Part shown: positions 19,301-29,988 of the stretch, piece after piece
Position numbering within the stretch: position 1 is the first letter of the stretch
How the letters are laid out: every line of letters starts with the position of its first letter
From: a bacterium
GTDB lineage: Bacteria > Patescibacteriota > Minisyncoccia > Phycocordibacterales > UBA5272
Reading direction: 5' to 3'
Length of the DNA stretch: 64,000 bases
Assembly: GCA_043719155.1 (NCBI GenBank)
Contig: JAYSUJ010000024.1
Location: 3,424-67,423 of the forward strand
Translations under genes and position numbers: made by a program
Notes under the pieces: model-generated
Database searches by the model: none
Told to the model about the DNA's origin: nothing
The model's input: the letters and a program-made list of their open reading frames with translations, nothing else

Positions 19301-22300
19301 ACTTCGGTAATACAACTCTTGAAAATTGTGTGAGAAAGACAATGTGTTTTTAAGTTCTGGAGTTGAAGTCGCCAAAGTTATTTGTGCATTGGTTGCAGAG
19401 TGACCTGTCAAGATACACACTCCAATGTATGCCCCTGTTCCATTTACATAATCTGCTAAATAATTATTATTTACGTCCACTTTTAACCAAGTATTAGTAG
19501 CAATAGTGTTAAAGAATATTTTATCAGAGTAGGCAGTACCAGTGGCACATTGGTTATATGTCTGTCCACTGTCTGGCCATACTGGAACTCCCATACTTCC
19601 GTTTCTTTTAAAGAGTTGAATGTAACTGTTTTCATCGTTTATTTGATTAACTTTTTCTTTAACAAAGAAATTGTAATAGGCGTCAACTAAAGATGAGGTA
19701 GCAAGACCAGAACTTTTGTTGGTTGAAAATACTAGACCAGAGTCCAAAGTATTTAATGTTAAATTAGCGGGTATTACTATTTCTTCTCCAATAGGATTAG
19801 TTGTTCCAAAGAATTGTAGCAAATCAAGTGAAGTATCTCTATCTTGTCTACGCATATAGGTAGTATTTCTAATAGCATCGATAAAACTTTGGGCTGGTGA
19901 ACTTGGATATAGTATATACCCACCGATGTTAATTCCATTACTTTGAATTGTTCCGTAATAACTTTCTACCCCTTGTCTTGCTCTTACTTGGGTTATTTTT
20001 ATCGCATTAGCATAGGGGTGTAAAGTTTTTACTACTGATACATTGGTATATGGGTTTGTTGAATAAATATACTCCCCACTTGTTTTACTTACTTGTATTA
20101 AGTTTTCACCAGGTAAACCTTTTTCTCTAACTACCGATGCCGTAGATGTTGCAATATTGGTTGGCAACCCTACATAGTTTATATTTCCAAAGTCATAGGA
20201 GTTTTTACCCCCTATAAATGAAATTGTGTTGGAAATACGATTTAGATTTTTATCGTCATAAGTATTTTGAGTTCGAAGTATTCCTCTGTCATAAGCAACA
20301 ATTTGACCCAGCACATTGTATTCTGGGTTTTCAAATACTTTAGTAGTAGTTGAATAAAAATCACCAAAGAAAATAGATTTTATTTTTCCTTTTGCTAATT
20401 CATTAGTTGTAGTCGATACCCCGTCACCAGTGGTGATAATATTTCCCAGTAAATCATAGACAAAATATTGGGTTGATTTTGGTGACCAGATACTATTGTT
20501 GGTAACAGTTTCAATCTTATCAACTTCACCACTTCCGTTGTATGAATATTTTTTAACAATTCCGTCAGATGAACTTGCCACACATAATTTACCTAATCCG
20601 TTTGTACAAGAGTCGTAAATATATTCATTCAGCAAGTTATTTGTAACAATAATAGTAGTCGTAGCCACTGTTGAAGTTCCAATAATTATGTAAGTGGTAG
20701 TTGCAAAAGAAACAACTTCTGTATCAGTTGCTTTTCTACCAAGTAAGTCAAATGTAGTTTTAACTTTGTCCCCATTTGTAAATATACTTTCCACAAAGTC
20801 GTTAATTTCTCCATAACTGGTATTGGTATATGATGTAGATGTCCCTTTATTAGTTAACTCGTCATAAATTTTTCTGTTAGAGAAATCATAGCCAATATTT
20901 CTAATTGCATTTTCAGAATCTAGTATATTTACTAGATTCCCTAAAATATCATAGGTATATTTAGTGTTGTAAACTACTCCACTGTTATTTTCCACCACTT
21001 CTTTTATCAGTCCGTCTTTGTCATACACAAACCCTGTTTGATGATTGTTTTTATCAAACACGATTTTACTTCTAGCCCCATAATTTGCTTTGTCTGTTCC
21101 AAGCACGGTTTTAGTTTCTATCACTCTTCCAAAACTATCACGCACATAAGTCTTGTAATTGTAAACTGGTAAAGTTATTCCGTCACTTCTCCCAAGTGTG
21201 TAAGTAGTGTAAGGTAAACTTTCTTTAACAACATTCCCAACTTCGTCGTAGAAAGTGTCAGATGTAGAGTAATTGTTATTTACAGTTTCTGTTTTTGTTT
21301 TGATTACTTTCCCAAAGCCGTCAAAGTAGAACACTGAACTTAAAGTATCAGTTGCAGTAAAAAACTTTTTAACTGTTACATCTGGGAAATTAGCATCACT
21401 GTAAACTCTTTCCTCTAACAAATTGTTATTTTTCCAAGTTTTAACAGTCCTACCAAAGCCGTCATACTCCACTCTGTTTTCCAAATTATTTTGGTCAACA
21501 CTACGCTTTACTTTACTTGTATTGTAATCGTAAACAAAAGTATTTATTTGTCCTAAAGCATTAGTAGTTTTGATTGGGAATAACTTTTGCGTGTCATATT
21601 CAATAGTTGTGGTTGCACCTCTACTGTTCACTGTCAGTGTCGGCAACCCGAACACTATATCGTAAACAGTTTTTTCACTTTGCTTGGTCGTTGTTCCAGT
21701 GTAAGTATCTTTTTGAGTAAGTAGTCCACTTGAAATGGTAGAATCTAAATTATTGTCATAGAAATAATTTTCTTTTGCAAGTAAGTTACCATTTACATCT
21801 TTCAAAGTTTTAGAAGTGGGTAAATACTTTTTAGTTTGGGTTTGGGAATTGTTGTAAGATATTTCCAAAACTTTTGTGTCAGCAATATTTGTATCTGTAA
21901 TTGTTTGTGAAGAAGTTGTCACATCTCCATAACTAATTTCCTTTACCTTATTTAAGTTATTATCAAACATATATTCACTTGCAGTCGTAAATACAGCCCC
22001 ATTATTTTGGTCCACTACAGACGTATTATTTCTAACTGGAACAATTGCTGTTGAAGAAGCAGTCAGGGGGTTAAAGATTTCAGAGTATGAAATCAAATCT
22101 CTTTTTTCTAAAGAATTATTTTTGTTAAAAGTTTCTTGTTTGTAAAGTTTTCCTGTCTTACTTGCACTATCTTTTATCTCATCTACACTGTCACCGTTTC
22201 CTTGGTGATAGTAAGAGATTGTTTTCAACGAGTTGACCTCTATTGTAGTAACTTTTCCAAATCCAGCAAGGGTATTTTCGAAGTTCCCCTCACGAATTAT

Positions 22301-24583
22301 GGAGGCATCTTCATAAATATATTCACGAGCGGAAATCATTCCAGTTCCGTCCTTACTAATTTCTTTTTTGAGTGTCCAAACTGGATAGCCAATTTTATTG
22401 GCTCTGGTGCCGTCTGTTTTTTTATATGAACTTGCAGGTGCATATTCAAAACTAGATTCACCGCCTAAATTGTTTTTAATTCCAGTAAGTAAATCGGCTT
22501 TCATTTTAGAAGCGGTCACAGAGAAAGTATTTGAGGTATTGGGAGAGCGGGCAATGTCAGGTAAACCGTCACCATTTAAGTCAGCCGAAAAAGCAATTTG
22601 GTATTGTATTTGTTCTGCCTCTGTAAAACCGTCAAAGTTAAAGTCGGTGTAGAGGTTATCGTAAAAAGACATTCCGTTAAAAATGTGCGAGTAATATGAA
22701 ATTGGGAAATTGTATTGTGCGGAAGAAGTAGCGTCCAAAAGCACCATATCTTTTCCATTATTTAGCCAAATTTTTTTGTAAGTGTTATCTACAAAGCCAT
22801 TTATACCGACTGCTGACTCGTTTAATTTATATACATTTATCAAATCATCCAGTCCATCATTGTTAATATCCAGATATACAAATGAAGCGTCTATCATTGC
22901 ATCTCTGTTTTGTGAGAACCAACCAGTTGCTTTTAAGTCTGGGACTCTATCTCCGTCGAGGTTAGCAATTTTAAAACCATTTGGATAACTTGGAAAGTTG
23001 GATTGTTCCCAGAATAATGAAGTTGTGGCATAAGTTCTTTCAGTTGAACTGGCTACAACAACTTGTGTGGTAGTTCCCACAACAACTGTTGAGGTTGAAG
23101 TTTTAATAGTATCCTTGTAATTTATTCCCTTTATTCCTGCTCCCAAAACATCTACATTTCCGTCACTGTCATAGTCATAGAAAAAGTTATTAACAGGTTG
23201 ATTTATATTTACATAAGAGTGAAATTGAGAGAGGAAAAATGGTATTTCGGCTGTTGGCATTTCTCGACAATCATAACCTGGTTGAGAGTTAGTTTGGGGA
23301 TTACAATTAGTAGTTTTGTCTAACAAAACTTTTTCAGTAAAGGTAAAATCTCCATCGTTTAGATAAACTTTTTTAACTACACGGTGATTATTGTAATAAT
23401 CTCCAAAGAAAGTTTGGCGAGAATATACCAGGTCATTAAAACCGTCACCATTTATGTCTACGATTCGGTCAAAGTTGTCTTTGGGAATACCCAATGTTTT
23501 AGTTTCTGTTTGTGGTTGAGAGTAAGTAAAAACAGTTTCTGGTAAAGTGGTTTGTGTTCCATTTTCACCAAATGCAGATTCGATGATACCAGCAAGTAAA
23601 CTTCTTTTACCATTTACACCAAGTGAATATCTAAAAGCAAAATTCTTGGTTTTATTTCCGTTTACAAATACCTCTGTTCCAAACATTCTTTTATTGTTCT
23701 TTATCAAGTATCCAGTTTGATAACTTTCTAGTTGGTCAGGACGATTTTCAAATGTAAAACGGACTTCGTAAATACCGGGCTGATTTAAGTGATTCGTATA
23801 GAAAATACTTTGTGGGTATACAAAATTATCGTCTTTAGAGTAAGTATATTTTATGGAGTTTCCAAATACGTCAACTACCTCGGTTAAATACCAAGTGTGG
23901 ATTTCAGAGGTTGAAGATGCAGAGTTTATTCTACTTTCAGTATTTCCTCCATAAACGTATTTCATACCAGAATTATCTTTAACTTCCCAAGTGTCACCAA
24001 CACGAGTGAACTCACTGCGACCTGTGTCATTTTTCTTTGGAACAAAGATTTGAGAGGAGGTAGTCTTAACTAATTCTCCGTAGGTGTTTGAGGTAAAGTT
24101 TTCGTCTGTGTAGAGTTTAATTATTCCATTCTTGTTTACCCTTTGTATGTATGGAAGTGATAGGTCAAAACCAAACCCTACCCAGTTTTGATTATTTTCG
24201 TTTTGAGAGTTGTAGTTCACCGATATATCCGGAGTCATTCCATTTCTTCCCTCTGGAACTTTCAATTTGTAGTTATATTGCAGTGAGCCAGTATTACCCT
24301 CGCTCTTTGGTTTGTTAGGTGAGTCAATAGTAACACCGCTTGAGCCAGTGGTAGAATAGTCATAAAAGACTGGGGCAGAGAAAACATTATTTACTCCCAC
24401 ACAACCAATTAAAATACCCATTAAAATTAAATTTTTTAATGGGTTGGGGAAACCACTTGGAAAACTACTAGACGATTCTTGTCTACGCATATTATTGTTA
24501 TTTTTATTAAAATTACTCACTTTTAATGACTTTACTCTCATAAAGATACCCACATAATACCATAATCTGTAATACTTAAGCAA
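16391..24583 (-). CDS. Giant SpvB/FG-GAP/TcdB-midN/YD-repeat RHS protein (TcB-TcC-like fusion) with Gly/Ala-rich C-terminal tip; true start probably 24490 or later
   Basis: SpvB-like [19 protein letters not shown]...GFGFDL; DING/DYDSDG/DLNGDG FG-GAP loops; AGFGKV; YD repeats; RHS core GYTNQQMD...IYMNARY...FISPDP...[18 protein letters not shown]. Confidence 0.92.
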   Translation of the reverse strand: MLKYYRLWYYVGIFMRVKSLKVSNFNKNNNNMRRQESSSSFPSGFPNPLKNLILMGILIGCVGVNNVFSAPVFYDYSTTGSSGVTIDSPNKPKSEGNTGSLQYNYKLKVPEGRNGMTPDISVNYNSQNENNQNWVGFGFDLSLPYIQRVNKNGIIKLYTDENFTSNTYGELVKTTSSQIFVPKKNDTGRSEFTRVGDTWEVKDNSGMKYVYGGNTESRINSASSTSEIHTWYLTEVVDVFGNSIKYTYSKDDNFVYPQSIFYTNHLNQPGIYEVRFTFENRPDQLESYQTGYLIKNNKRMFGTEVFVNGNKTKNFAFRYSLGVNGKRSLLAGIIESAFGENGTQTTLPETVFTYSQPQTETKTLGIPKDNFDRIVDINGDGFNDLVYSRQTFFGDYYNNHRVVKKVYLNDGDFTFTEKVLLDKTTNCNPQTNSQPGYDCREMPTAEIPFFLSQFHSYVNINQPVNNFFYDYDSDGNVDVLGAGIKGINYKDTIKTSTSTVVVGTTTQVVVASSTERTYATTSLFWEQSNFPSYPNGFKIANLDGDRVPDLKATGWFSQNRDAMIDASFVYLDINNDGLDDLINVYKLNESAVGINGFVDNTYKKIWLNNGKDMVLLDATSSAQYNFPISYYSHIFNGMSFYDNLYTDFNFDGFTEAEQIQYQIAFSADLNGDGLPDIARSPNTSNTFSVTASKMKADLLTGIKNNLGGESSFEYAPASSYKKTDGTRANKIGYPVWTLKKEISKDGTGMISAREYIYEDASIIREGNFENTLAGFGKVTTIEVNSLKTISYYHQGNGDSVDEIKDSASKTGKLYKQETFNKNNSLEKRDLISYSEIFNPLTASSTAIVPVRNNTSVVDQNNGAVFTTASEYMFDNNLNKVKEISYGDVTTSSQTITDTNIADTKVLEISYNNSQTQTKKYLPTSKTLKDVNGNLLAKENYFYDNNLDSTISSGLLTQKDTYTGTTTKQSEKTVYDIVFGLPTLTVNSRGATTTIEYDTQKLFPIKTTNALGQINTFVYDYNTSKVKRSVDQNNLENRVEYDGFGRTVKTWKNNNLLEERVYSDANFPDVTVKKFFTATDTLSSVFYFDGFGKVIKTKTETVNNNYSTSDTFYDEVGNVVKESLPYTTYTLGRSDGITLPVYNYKTYVRDSFGRVIETKTVLGTDKANYGARSKIVFDKNNHQTGFVYDKDGLIKEVVENNSGVVYNTKYTYDILGNLVNILDSENAIRNIGYDFSNRKIYDELTNKGTSTSYTNTSYGEINDFVESIFTNGDKVKTTFDLLGRKATDTEVVSFATTTYIIIGTSTVATTTIIVTNNLLNEYIYDSCTNGLGKLCVASSSDGIVKKYSYNGSGEVDKIETVTNNSIWSPKSTQYFVYDLLGNIITTGDGVSTTTNELAKGKIKSIFFGDFYSTTTKVFENPEYNVLGQIVAYDRGILRTQNTYDDKNLNRISNTISFIGGKNSYDFGNINYVGLPTNIATSTASVVREKGLPGENLIQVSKTSGEYIYSTNPYTNVSVVKTLHPYANAIKITQVRARQGVESYYGTIQSNGINIGGYILYPSSPAQSFIDAIRNTTYMRRQDRDTSLDLLQFFGTTNPIGEEIVIPANLTLNTLDSGLVFSTNKSSGLATSSLVDAYYNFFVKEKVNQINDENSYIQLFKRNGSMGVPVWPDSGQTYNQCATGTAYSDKIFFNTIATNTWLKVDVNNNYLADYVNGTGAYIGVCILTGHSATNAQITLATSTPELKNTLSFSHNFQELYYRSDTGAENAYKIHAGLTLQYNASNTKPVISSLVINKQGQGLVANISVANTDIEKDAIIENEVYLRAKTNSTSTSNFIQLETVATTSIASTSYLVDKFPFSYNTDYEIFTRSRDINGDWSEYATSSYKTSDKLDRNTNTVFCKSITNTDLGSVNCPDPIFNVSNSSNFGQINIAASSNIASTTIDTFTVNQKEIRYVGNKLKKNAKYYYLLKDGTINMFTTGDFKSPQNTSYSYDTLSRIKSILRDEDNRFENTIYTYDELSRLTQVEKEDKVMKKVEETFSYSPTGKILSNTGNNYEYANTLAHTPSKVAKENISDNLNWDNKGRLASSTMLGDFVWNNLDRVKEIKKVNGNISTTSKYYYDTEGNRVLSFVINNNQITATTSSSTIKSRLFTPNQSIQNTGSTTSYQITLGNKPILNIDRIWKDIISQTVSTSTQYIQVATTTAVYTTATITVPTYKVSTSTVSKSLWVGLRETTINSLQWDEFKGIGTTSMIMSSATITPNTINYFVGKNGATSSNHIIKLTGLTTATQTLTLYFAGAKNNKSYTTSITEGTGVISKGITFTIGGTASGTMKYFNQSTQIILLPKTPDITLSINSSIATSTPSIDNYYILDSYLFTLKNLKYATTTTNVNVSTTTVSWITSTTSVPTIVTSTSTIYTPTSTLAIQTIVTDHLNSIEKILDFTIGTEISTSSYKAFGNVEKQGVTNGNRGYTNQQMDKENNLIYMNARYNSSNYGIFISPDPKNYEGEDKKIFLENPQLQNGYSYAVNDPIHKYDPDGKCPMCIGVGIGFIGGVAVQGINDYQNGSLSTFGDYMYSGGKGVAVVGAAAATAAGATAAGLGATGVLIVGSVGGGVGSAVIDSTVGNSLLDKNISTNSITTDAFATAFGGAVAGKLIGPTLGRPAEKLISQITSVATQNEIRKETIQNIPGLIMNNYFNGNNIKTNQITNVGSVNYLDWGLFQIQEIKSNKK

Positions 24584-24741
24584 ATATGCTTTTTTGACTT
24601 ATTTTAGGTGATTATGGTATATTCTGCCAACTGGTTTACCAGTCTAGTTAGTTTTTTACTCTCAACTAATTAGGTGACTTTTTCAAATGCCACCAGGACG
24701 CTGGTGGTGTTTTGTTATGAGTAAAATGTTAGAATTAGATT

Positions 24742-25854
24742 ATGGATAATCTTGAGGCAACTTTATTAGAAAAAATGTTTTCAAAATTACGTAGAAGACT
24801 TTTATTATTCATATTCAGAAAAAGACTTGGTAAATCAAAGTTTGCAGCGAGTATTTTGTTTAGAATAATAAATACTTTAGAAACTAGTAAGGGAGTTTAC
24901 ATAAACACAAAAGATATCGGGAATACCGACCACTTTGTTCCTCAATTTTTACTACGTAATTTTAGTATAGAAAAAGCAGGTCAAAACAAAGGATTAATTT
25001 TTGAATATCTGTTTTCTAAAAATGTAATTAAAAAGAGCGGGATAAAATCTGTTGCTTGTAAAAAAGATTTATATACATTTAAAGATAAACTGGGTGAAAA
25101 GTCAGACTTCACTGAAAAAATTATTTATTCACAAAATTTGGAGTTATTCAGTGCGACAATTTTTCAAAGTATTGTGGACGACAATAAAACTTTCAAACTG
25201 ACCCCACTGGAAGAATCTACATTGGCAGTGTTTCTCTCTCACCAAATTACGAGAACACCTTATTTTCTAGACTCAATAAAAAAATTTGTGATTTATCTTT
25301 ATGAGAACGAAAAAATATTGTTTGAAGATTTCAACAAAATCGACTCGTTAGATTCAAAAATTATAAACAATGAATACAATGTATCTTATGAAGATATTGT
25401 CAGTTTTGTCCCGAGAATAAACTTTGACGGACTTCATAATCATTTAGGATTACTGTCGTTGAGAATTGCAACTAAGTTAGCCGAGGGAATATACAAGGGT
25501 TATCTTGAAATAATTGATATTAAAGAAACAGTCACAAAAAACTTTGTAATATCAGACAATCCGGTGGTATTGTTCGACCATAAACGAAAAGAAGTCTTGA
25601 AATTTCCTGCTTGGTGGGATTTAAGCAAAAAAGATATATTTATTTTCTTACCAATATCACCAAGTAAATGTATATTTTATTCCAAGTATGACACCAAACC
25701 TGGTTTTAAAGAATTAGAAGATAATCCCTTTATAGATTTAGTAAATTTTGGAAGTTATACAAACTGCACAAATTCAGTTTTTTCTAACAAAAAAAAGGTC
25801 CTGGAAACACATCTTGTAATGTATGAAAGTGAATTAAGAAATTATTTAACCTAA
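24742..25854 (+). CDS. DUF4238 domain protein
   Basis: DHFVPQFLLRNF, HQITRTP, FVISDNPVV and FLPISP motifs typical of DUF4238. Confidence 0.8.
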   Translation: MDNLEATLLEKMFSKLRRRLLLFIFRKRLGKSKFAASILFRIINTLETSKGVYINTKDIGNTDHFVPQFLLRNFSIEKAGQNKGLIFEYLFSKNVIKKSGIKSVACKKDLYTFKDKLGEKSDFTEKIIYSQNLELFSATIFQSIVDDNKTFKLTPLEESTLAVFLSHQITRTPYFLDSIKKFVIYLYENEKILFEDFNKIDSLDSKIINNEYNVSYEDIVSFVPRINFDGLHNHLGLLSLRIATKLAEGIYKGYLEIIDIKETVTKNFVISDNPVVLFDHKRKEVLKFPAWWDLSKKDIFIFLPISPSKCIFYSKYDTKPGFKELEDNPFIDLVNFGSYTNCTNSVFSNKKKVLETHLVMYESELRNYLT

Positions 25855-26100
25855 TTTTTTGCACAAAAAATTGCGTGAAAAGTTTACTTGGTTATCCCCA
25901 TATTTCCGCAATTTTCCTATGGACCACATTACACAAATTTAGGTAATATGTCGACGAACCAGAGAGTTGTAATTTCCTATTTTATCTATGAACCACTTTT
26001 CGTTAAAAATTGCAAAAAATGTATATCCAGTAAGGGTTATTCTCTAATTTACGTTTTACCTTGCTACCAAACTCATACTGGTGACAAAAGTCGGCTCAAA

Positions 26101-26652
26101 TTACAGTTTTTTCTGTAAAAGTTTTGTAAATATTTTATGATTAGTTTTGCACTCTTTTAATTCCGGCAATAGCCCGATAAACTCTGGTATTTCAAAGTAA
26201 TTTAACGGCACTTTTTTGTCGTCAAAAAATTTAATCTTTTTCCCAGTCAGATGTTCCGGAAATATTATATTTGCAGTATCTTTTTCTTCATTTTGAAAGT
26301 CAAATACTAGATTTGGAACAAGAGTGTCCCAACTACGAAGTATTGGAGGGTCGGAACTAATTATTCTGTTTTTAACTTGGATAAAATGTTTACAAATTGC
26401 ATAAAAAGATTTAAGTTCTTGCCCCGCAACTATTTTAGGATTAGTTTTTGGGTCAAGTATGAAAAAGTTCAAATACCTAGATTTTAACTTTACGGGACTG
26501 TTTAATCCCTTGTGCGAGTCGCTGTAAAAAGTGTCCCAGAACCACAAAAAGGTAGGCCTGTCGTGTGTTGGTAGGAAATTAAGACATAACTTACTCCCCT
26601 GGTTAAAAACCAGGATTTTACCAAGAAGTTTTAAGTAGTCTGTGTTTTGCAT
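26101..26652 (-). CDS. Hypothetical protein
   Basis: ORF from MQNTDY; the track's extension to 26745 overlaps the upstream gene. Confidence 0.6.
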   Translation of the reverse strand: MQNTDYLKLLGKILVFNQGSKLCLNFLPTHDRPTFLWFWDTFYSDSHKGLNSPVKLKSRYLNFFILDPKTNPKIVAGQELKSFYAICKHFIQVKNRIISSDPPILRSWDTLVPNLVFDFQNEEKDTANIIFPEHLTGKKIKFFDDKKVPLNYFEIPEFIGLLPELKECKTNHKIFTKLLQKKL

Positions 26653-26684
26653 AAATTTTTTTAATAGTACTTTTTTATTTAGAT

Positions 26685-26963
26685 TTAAATTTCCACAGTT
26701 TCCAAAGTATCCAGTGCGTCGCCCATATCTTGGTATGTTCCCCAAGCCGAATCTTTTGCTTCCTCTATATTATCATTCGCCTGCTGTAGTGCTTCTTCAT
26801 AGTCTGATACACTTGTTTCCAAGTCCTCTACATCTGTTTCTAATGTGGAAATTTCACTCCATAATTCTAAATTTTTGTCACTTAAATTTGAATTACTTAT
26901 ATAAAACCATAAAGATATGATTATAATAGTAAATATACACAAAGTACTCTGATTGCTTCCCAT
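26685..26963 (-). CDS. Small membrane-anchored acidic coiled-coil protein
   Basis: N-terminal TM then heptad-like LETDVEDLETSVSDYEEALQQAN. Confidence 0.7.
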   Translation of the reverse strand: MGSNQSTLCIFTIIIISLWFYISNSNLSDKNLELWSEISTLETDVEDLETSVSDYEEALQQANDNIEEAKDSAWGTYQDMGDALDTLETVEI

Positions 26964-26971
26964 AACTATTT

Positions 26972-28060
26972 TTACCCAACTGCTTTTGTGATTAGTGCAA
27001 TTTTTGTATCGTCATTCAAAATACCGGTAGGAGAAAGCCCGTTATCACTTTGGAAGTTTTTTAAGGCTGTTTTAGTTGCTTTTCCGAAATAGCCAGTGAC
27101 TAGGGTATCTTTAGAAAGGAAACCTAGAAATTGCAGAACTTTCTGCAAAAGTTTTACATCGTCACCCCTTTGACCTAATTTTAAATCTCTATCAAATGAG
27201 ATTGAACTATATGTAGCCCCTGAAACTACCTCATTATTATTTACCTGTGTTTGAGTTGTGCTAACCGGCCTAACTGTAGAAAGAAAGCAAGATTTCTTGT
27301 CTGAAGTCCATTCATATCCTGTAGCACATCTACAACTAACATCATTTCCTTTTTTTGTCCCTGGTATTGCAAGTGAGTATGTTCCATAAGAATTTGAACA
27401 AGCGTTGTCTTGGGAAATACACGAACCGTTATGCAAAATTTCATAATCCGAGCATCTTATCTCTTCTATACATTTACTCCTGTCTGCACCAATTTTAAAA
27501 CCAGTTTTACACTGACATTTTAAAGTTGAGTCATCGTAGTAAGTTCCGTATCCGTGATTTTCTCTACAACTGTCGTCTTTACCTAAACACAGATTGCCTA
27601 GAGAGTTTTTTTGGTAGCCAGTATTACAGTAGAAACTATAACTACCATAGGCAGTTGAATTTGCTGGTGCTAACAAACAATTATCTCCACTCTTATAATA
27701 TCCTGAATTACAAAACAAAACACCATAAGATTTATACCCTCCAACAACATCTACACGAGAAGTTGCACTACTTCCAGTGTATGGAGAAATGTATAGACCT
27801 GGAAGATAGGTCGAAGTGTCATAATAGTTGTTTAAATAGGTACTTTCGCTTCCGCCGGCAGTTTCCCCTGTATACGGATTTGTGTTTCCGGGAAAACTAT
27901 AATTATTATATGGATTTCCGTCAGGACTTGAACGATAATATGAGGGTACATAAGTTCCGTTTGATTTCGTGTGGCCTTTCACATAGACATCAGCAAAAAC
28001 AGAAGTTAGAAGAATGAACGGTAAAATTAGGAGTAAAAAAAAGTTTTTTAATTTATACAT
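26972..28060 (-). CDS. Secreted Cys-rich (EGF-like repeats) protein with C-terminal peptidoglycan-binding domain
   Basis: Signal peptide; DVYVKGHTKSNGTYV..YRSSPD N-terminal module; C.GY/C.C..GF repeats; LKLGQRGDDVKLLQ...GYFGKATKTALKNFQ...GLSPTG (PG_binding_1). Confidence 0.85.
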   Translation of the reverse strand: MYKLKNFFLLLILPFILLTSVFADVYVKGHTKSNGTYVPSYYRSSPDGNPYNNYSFPGNTNPYTGETAGGSESTYLNNYYDTSTYLPGLYISPYTGSSATSRVDVVGGYKSYGVLFCNSGYYKSGDNCLLAPANSTAYGSYSFYCNTGYQKNSLGNLCLGKDDSCRENHGYGTYYDDSTLKCQCKTGFKIGADRSKCIEEIRCSDYEILHNGSCISQDNACSNSYGTYSLAIPGTKKGNDVSCRCATGYEWTSDKKSCFLSTVRPVSTTQTQVNNNEVVSGATYSSISFDRDLKLGQRGDDVKLLQKVLQFLGFLSKDTLVTGYFGKATKTALKNFQSDNGLSPTGILNDDTKIALITKAVG

Positions 28061-28069
28061 AGAATTTAA

Positions 28070-28246
28070 TTATTTATACCAAGTCTTTACACCCTTGTGG
28101 TGAGAACAAGTCCCTCTATGGGAATTACTATAACTGTAAGTCCCGTCCCTACATTTAGCAGTTGGTGACTTTTTTGCATCAGTGAGAGATATCGTTGATA
28201 CAGAAATGAAAGCAACGACTAAAAACATTTGTGTTATTTTTTTCAT
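28070..28246 (-). CDS. Small secreted DUF3761-type protein (58 aa, missing from the ORF track)
   Basis: Manual translation MKKITQMFLVVAFISVSTISLTDAKKSPTAKCRDGTYSYSNSHRGTCSHHKGVKTWYK; fills the gap between neighbouring genes. Confidence 0.85.
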   Translation of the reverse strand: MKKITQMFLVVAFISVSTISLTDAKKSPTAKCRDGTYSYSNSHRGTCSHHKGVKTWYK

Positions 28247-28251
28247 ATTCT

Positions 28252-29211
28252 TTACTTAAACCAGTTGAAAATGTAATCTTTAAATCTTTTATAAACAGGA
28301 ACCCACTCCTCTTTTTTGTCTTCGATTTTTATTTCTTTAATTTCAGTAGGCAATTCTTTTTTCTCGTTGGGAACTAACTTTTCAATTTTCTCTACTGGAG
28401 TTGATGGGAGTGTTTCTTCTTTCGGGATTACTTTTTTAGTTGGTTTTGCGATAGGTGCAATTATTTTTGCAGGCGTTATCACTTCCTCTGTTTTTATTTC
28501 AACTTTTATGTTTTTTTGCTCTACCGATGTTATTTTCGGTTGAGTTTTTAATTCTACTTTTTCTGCGACAAATGGTTTTCCATTGGGATACTTTGCCTTG
28601 TAAAGTGCTTTTACTCTTAATGCAACACTCTCATTTCTAATATACATATTCTGATATAGATTATTTGCTTTTTCTGTGGATAATGAGTCCATTAGTTCAA
28701 ATAAAATTACAACCTTTTCTTGTGGATAATAGTTGTCTTTCGGTGTTGTTTTTTCTGCTTGGCTTGCTCTCAATTTGGCAATCTCTGCTTTCAATTCTGT
28801 AATTTGATTTTTATTTTGCTCTGTATTTTGTATTTGCGATTGGTGTAAAGCCTTTTGTTGGACCAAAGAATCTATTTGTGCTTGAAATTTTGCATCTATT
28901 TTTGCAGATAAAATATCATAGGCTGACTGAACAAAAGAGCCATTCTGTGCCATAGAACCTTTCAAATAGTTTTTTTCTATTTCCTTTTCTCTTTCTAATT
29001 CAGTTATCCTGTTTTCAATATCTAGTATAGAAATTCCAGGACTATTTTGAGATTGGTTTTCTAGTTTTCGTAATCTGTATTCCAAAGCCGATTTTTCTTC
29101 TTGTTGTTTAATGTAAACGTCGTCTGGTAGATAATTATAGTCGGTAGCAAAGGCACTTGTTTGTATTAAAAATACACTTAAAATCAAAAAAGTTATTATT
29201 TTATTTTTCAT
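28252..29211 (-). CDS. Secreted coiled-coil protein with Pro/Lys/Glu-rich linker
   Basis: Signal peptide (...SAFA), long coiled coil, C-terminal amphipathic YKRFKDYIFNWFK. Confidence 0.75.
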   Translation of the reverse strand: MKNKIITFLILSVFLIQTSAFATDYNYLPDDVYIKQQEEKSALEYRLRKLENQSQNSPGISILDIENRITELEREKEIEKNYLKGSMAQNGSFVQSAYDILSAKIDAKFQAQIDSLVQQKALHQSQIQNTEQNKNQITELKAEIAKLRASQAEKTTPKDNYYPQEKVVILFELMDSLSTEKANNLYQNMYIRNESVALRVKALYKAKYPNGKPFVAEKVELKTQPKITSVEQKNIKVEIKTEEVITPAKIIAPIAKPTKKVIPKEETLPSTPVEKIEKLVPNEKKELPTEIKEIKIEDKKEEWVPVYKRFKDYIFNWFK

Positions 29212-29215
29212 ATTG

Positions 29216-29350
29216 TTTGTCGCGTTTTATTTTAAAGCCCTTTTCACACAAAAAACCTATCACTAGGAAAACCCGAGGGTTTACATACTCGTTTCCAAGT
29301 ATGACGCGACAAACGCCCTAATGATAGGCTCTTTACATTTGTCGCGTTTT
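29216..29350 (-). ncRNA. C4/CI-like antisense RNA switch in the leader of the secreted-protein operon
   Basis: Two AAAACGCGACAAA targets (29216-29228, 29338-29350) flank a cloverleaf (outer stem 29256-29267/29317-29328, two inner hairpins) exposing the complement TTTGTCGCGT (29304-29313). Confidence 0.7.
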
Positions 29351-29445
29351 TGACCATATCCCAAATCTTATTTGGGGGTTAGGTCTCCGATATTTTATCG
29401 TCTAAATAATTATATCACAATTTTAAAAAGTAAAATTGGAAAAAA

Positions 29446-29922
29446 TTATAAGGCTTCAATTTCCTGCTGAAAATTCAACCCCAGTATAGGCACCCCAAAC
29501 CCTTTCCCCTCACTTCCTGTAACTTCTGTCCTGTTAGAATACCCCTCCTTTTTACCTAGTCTTTCACAGATAAATTTAGCCGTGTCTTGTTTAACTTTGA
29601 GGATAGAAGAATCTATAACTTTAATGGCTTTACCGCTTTTATTGGTCCTAGTTATTTCATAAGGTAAATTCAAAATAGTTTCTAATATTCCCTCGGCTTT
29701 ACTCACAAAGTTCATTTTTCTTACTTTTTCACAGAACCACCCTGTATCAGTTATAGTTCTAGCGTAACTATCTTCATAGCCAGCACTAATTGCAGATTGA
29801 TAAGCATTTGCAAAGTTTAGTCCTTTTACATTAATATATTCCTCCCAACAGAGTTTCTGGCGAGGGTCTAAGAAGTATTGGTTGGCTCCGTTTGGGTTGG
29901 TGGTTTTAGATTTGGTCTTCAT
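29446..29922 (-). CDS. Phage terminase small subunit-like protein
   Basis: NPNGANQY, RQKLCWEEY...NAYQSAISAGY..SYA HTH and C-terminal GYSNRTEVTG typical of TerS. Confidence 0.7.
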   Translation of the reverse strand: MKTKSKTTNPNGANQYFLDPRQKLCWEEYINVKGLNFANAYQSAISAGYEDSYARTITDTGWFCEKVRKMNFVSKAEGILETILNLPYEITRTNKSGKAIKVIDSSILKVKQDTAKFICERLGKKEGYSNRTEVTGSEGKGFGVPILGLNFQQEIEAL

Positions 29923-29988
29923 AGGTTAATTGTAGCAAGGATTATTGTAGAAGCAAGACCGGAAAAATGCTATACTGTCGTCAGATTT

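Noticed and set aside
25888-26118. 76-aa plus-strand ORF between convergent island genes
   Set aside because: TTG start, no motif, overlaps the end of the opposite gene; likely spurious.
27241-28017. ORFs 27241-27444 and 27526-28017
   Set aside because: Shadow frames of the EGF-like/peptidoglycan-binding gene.
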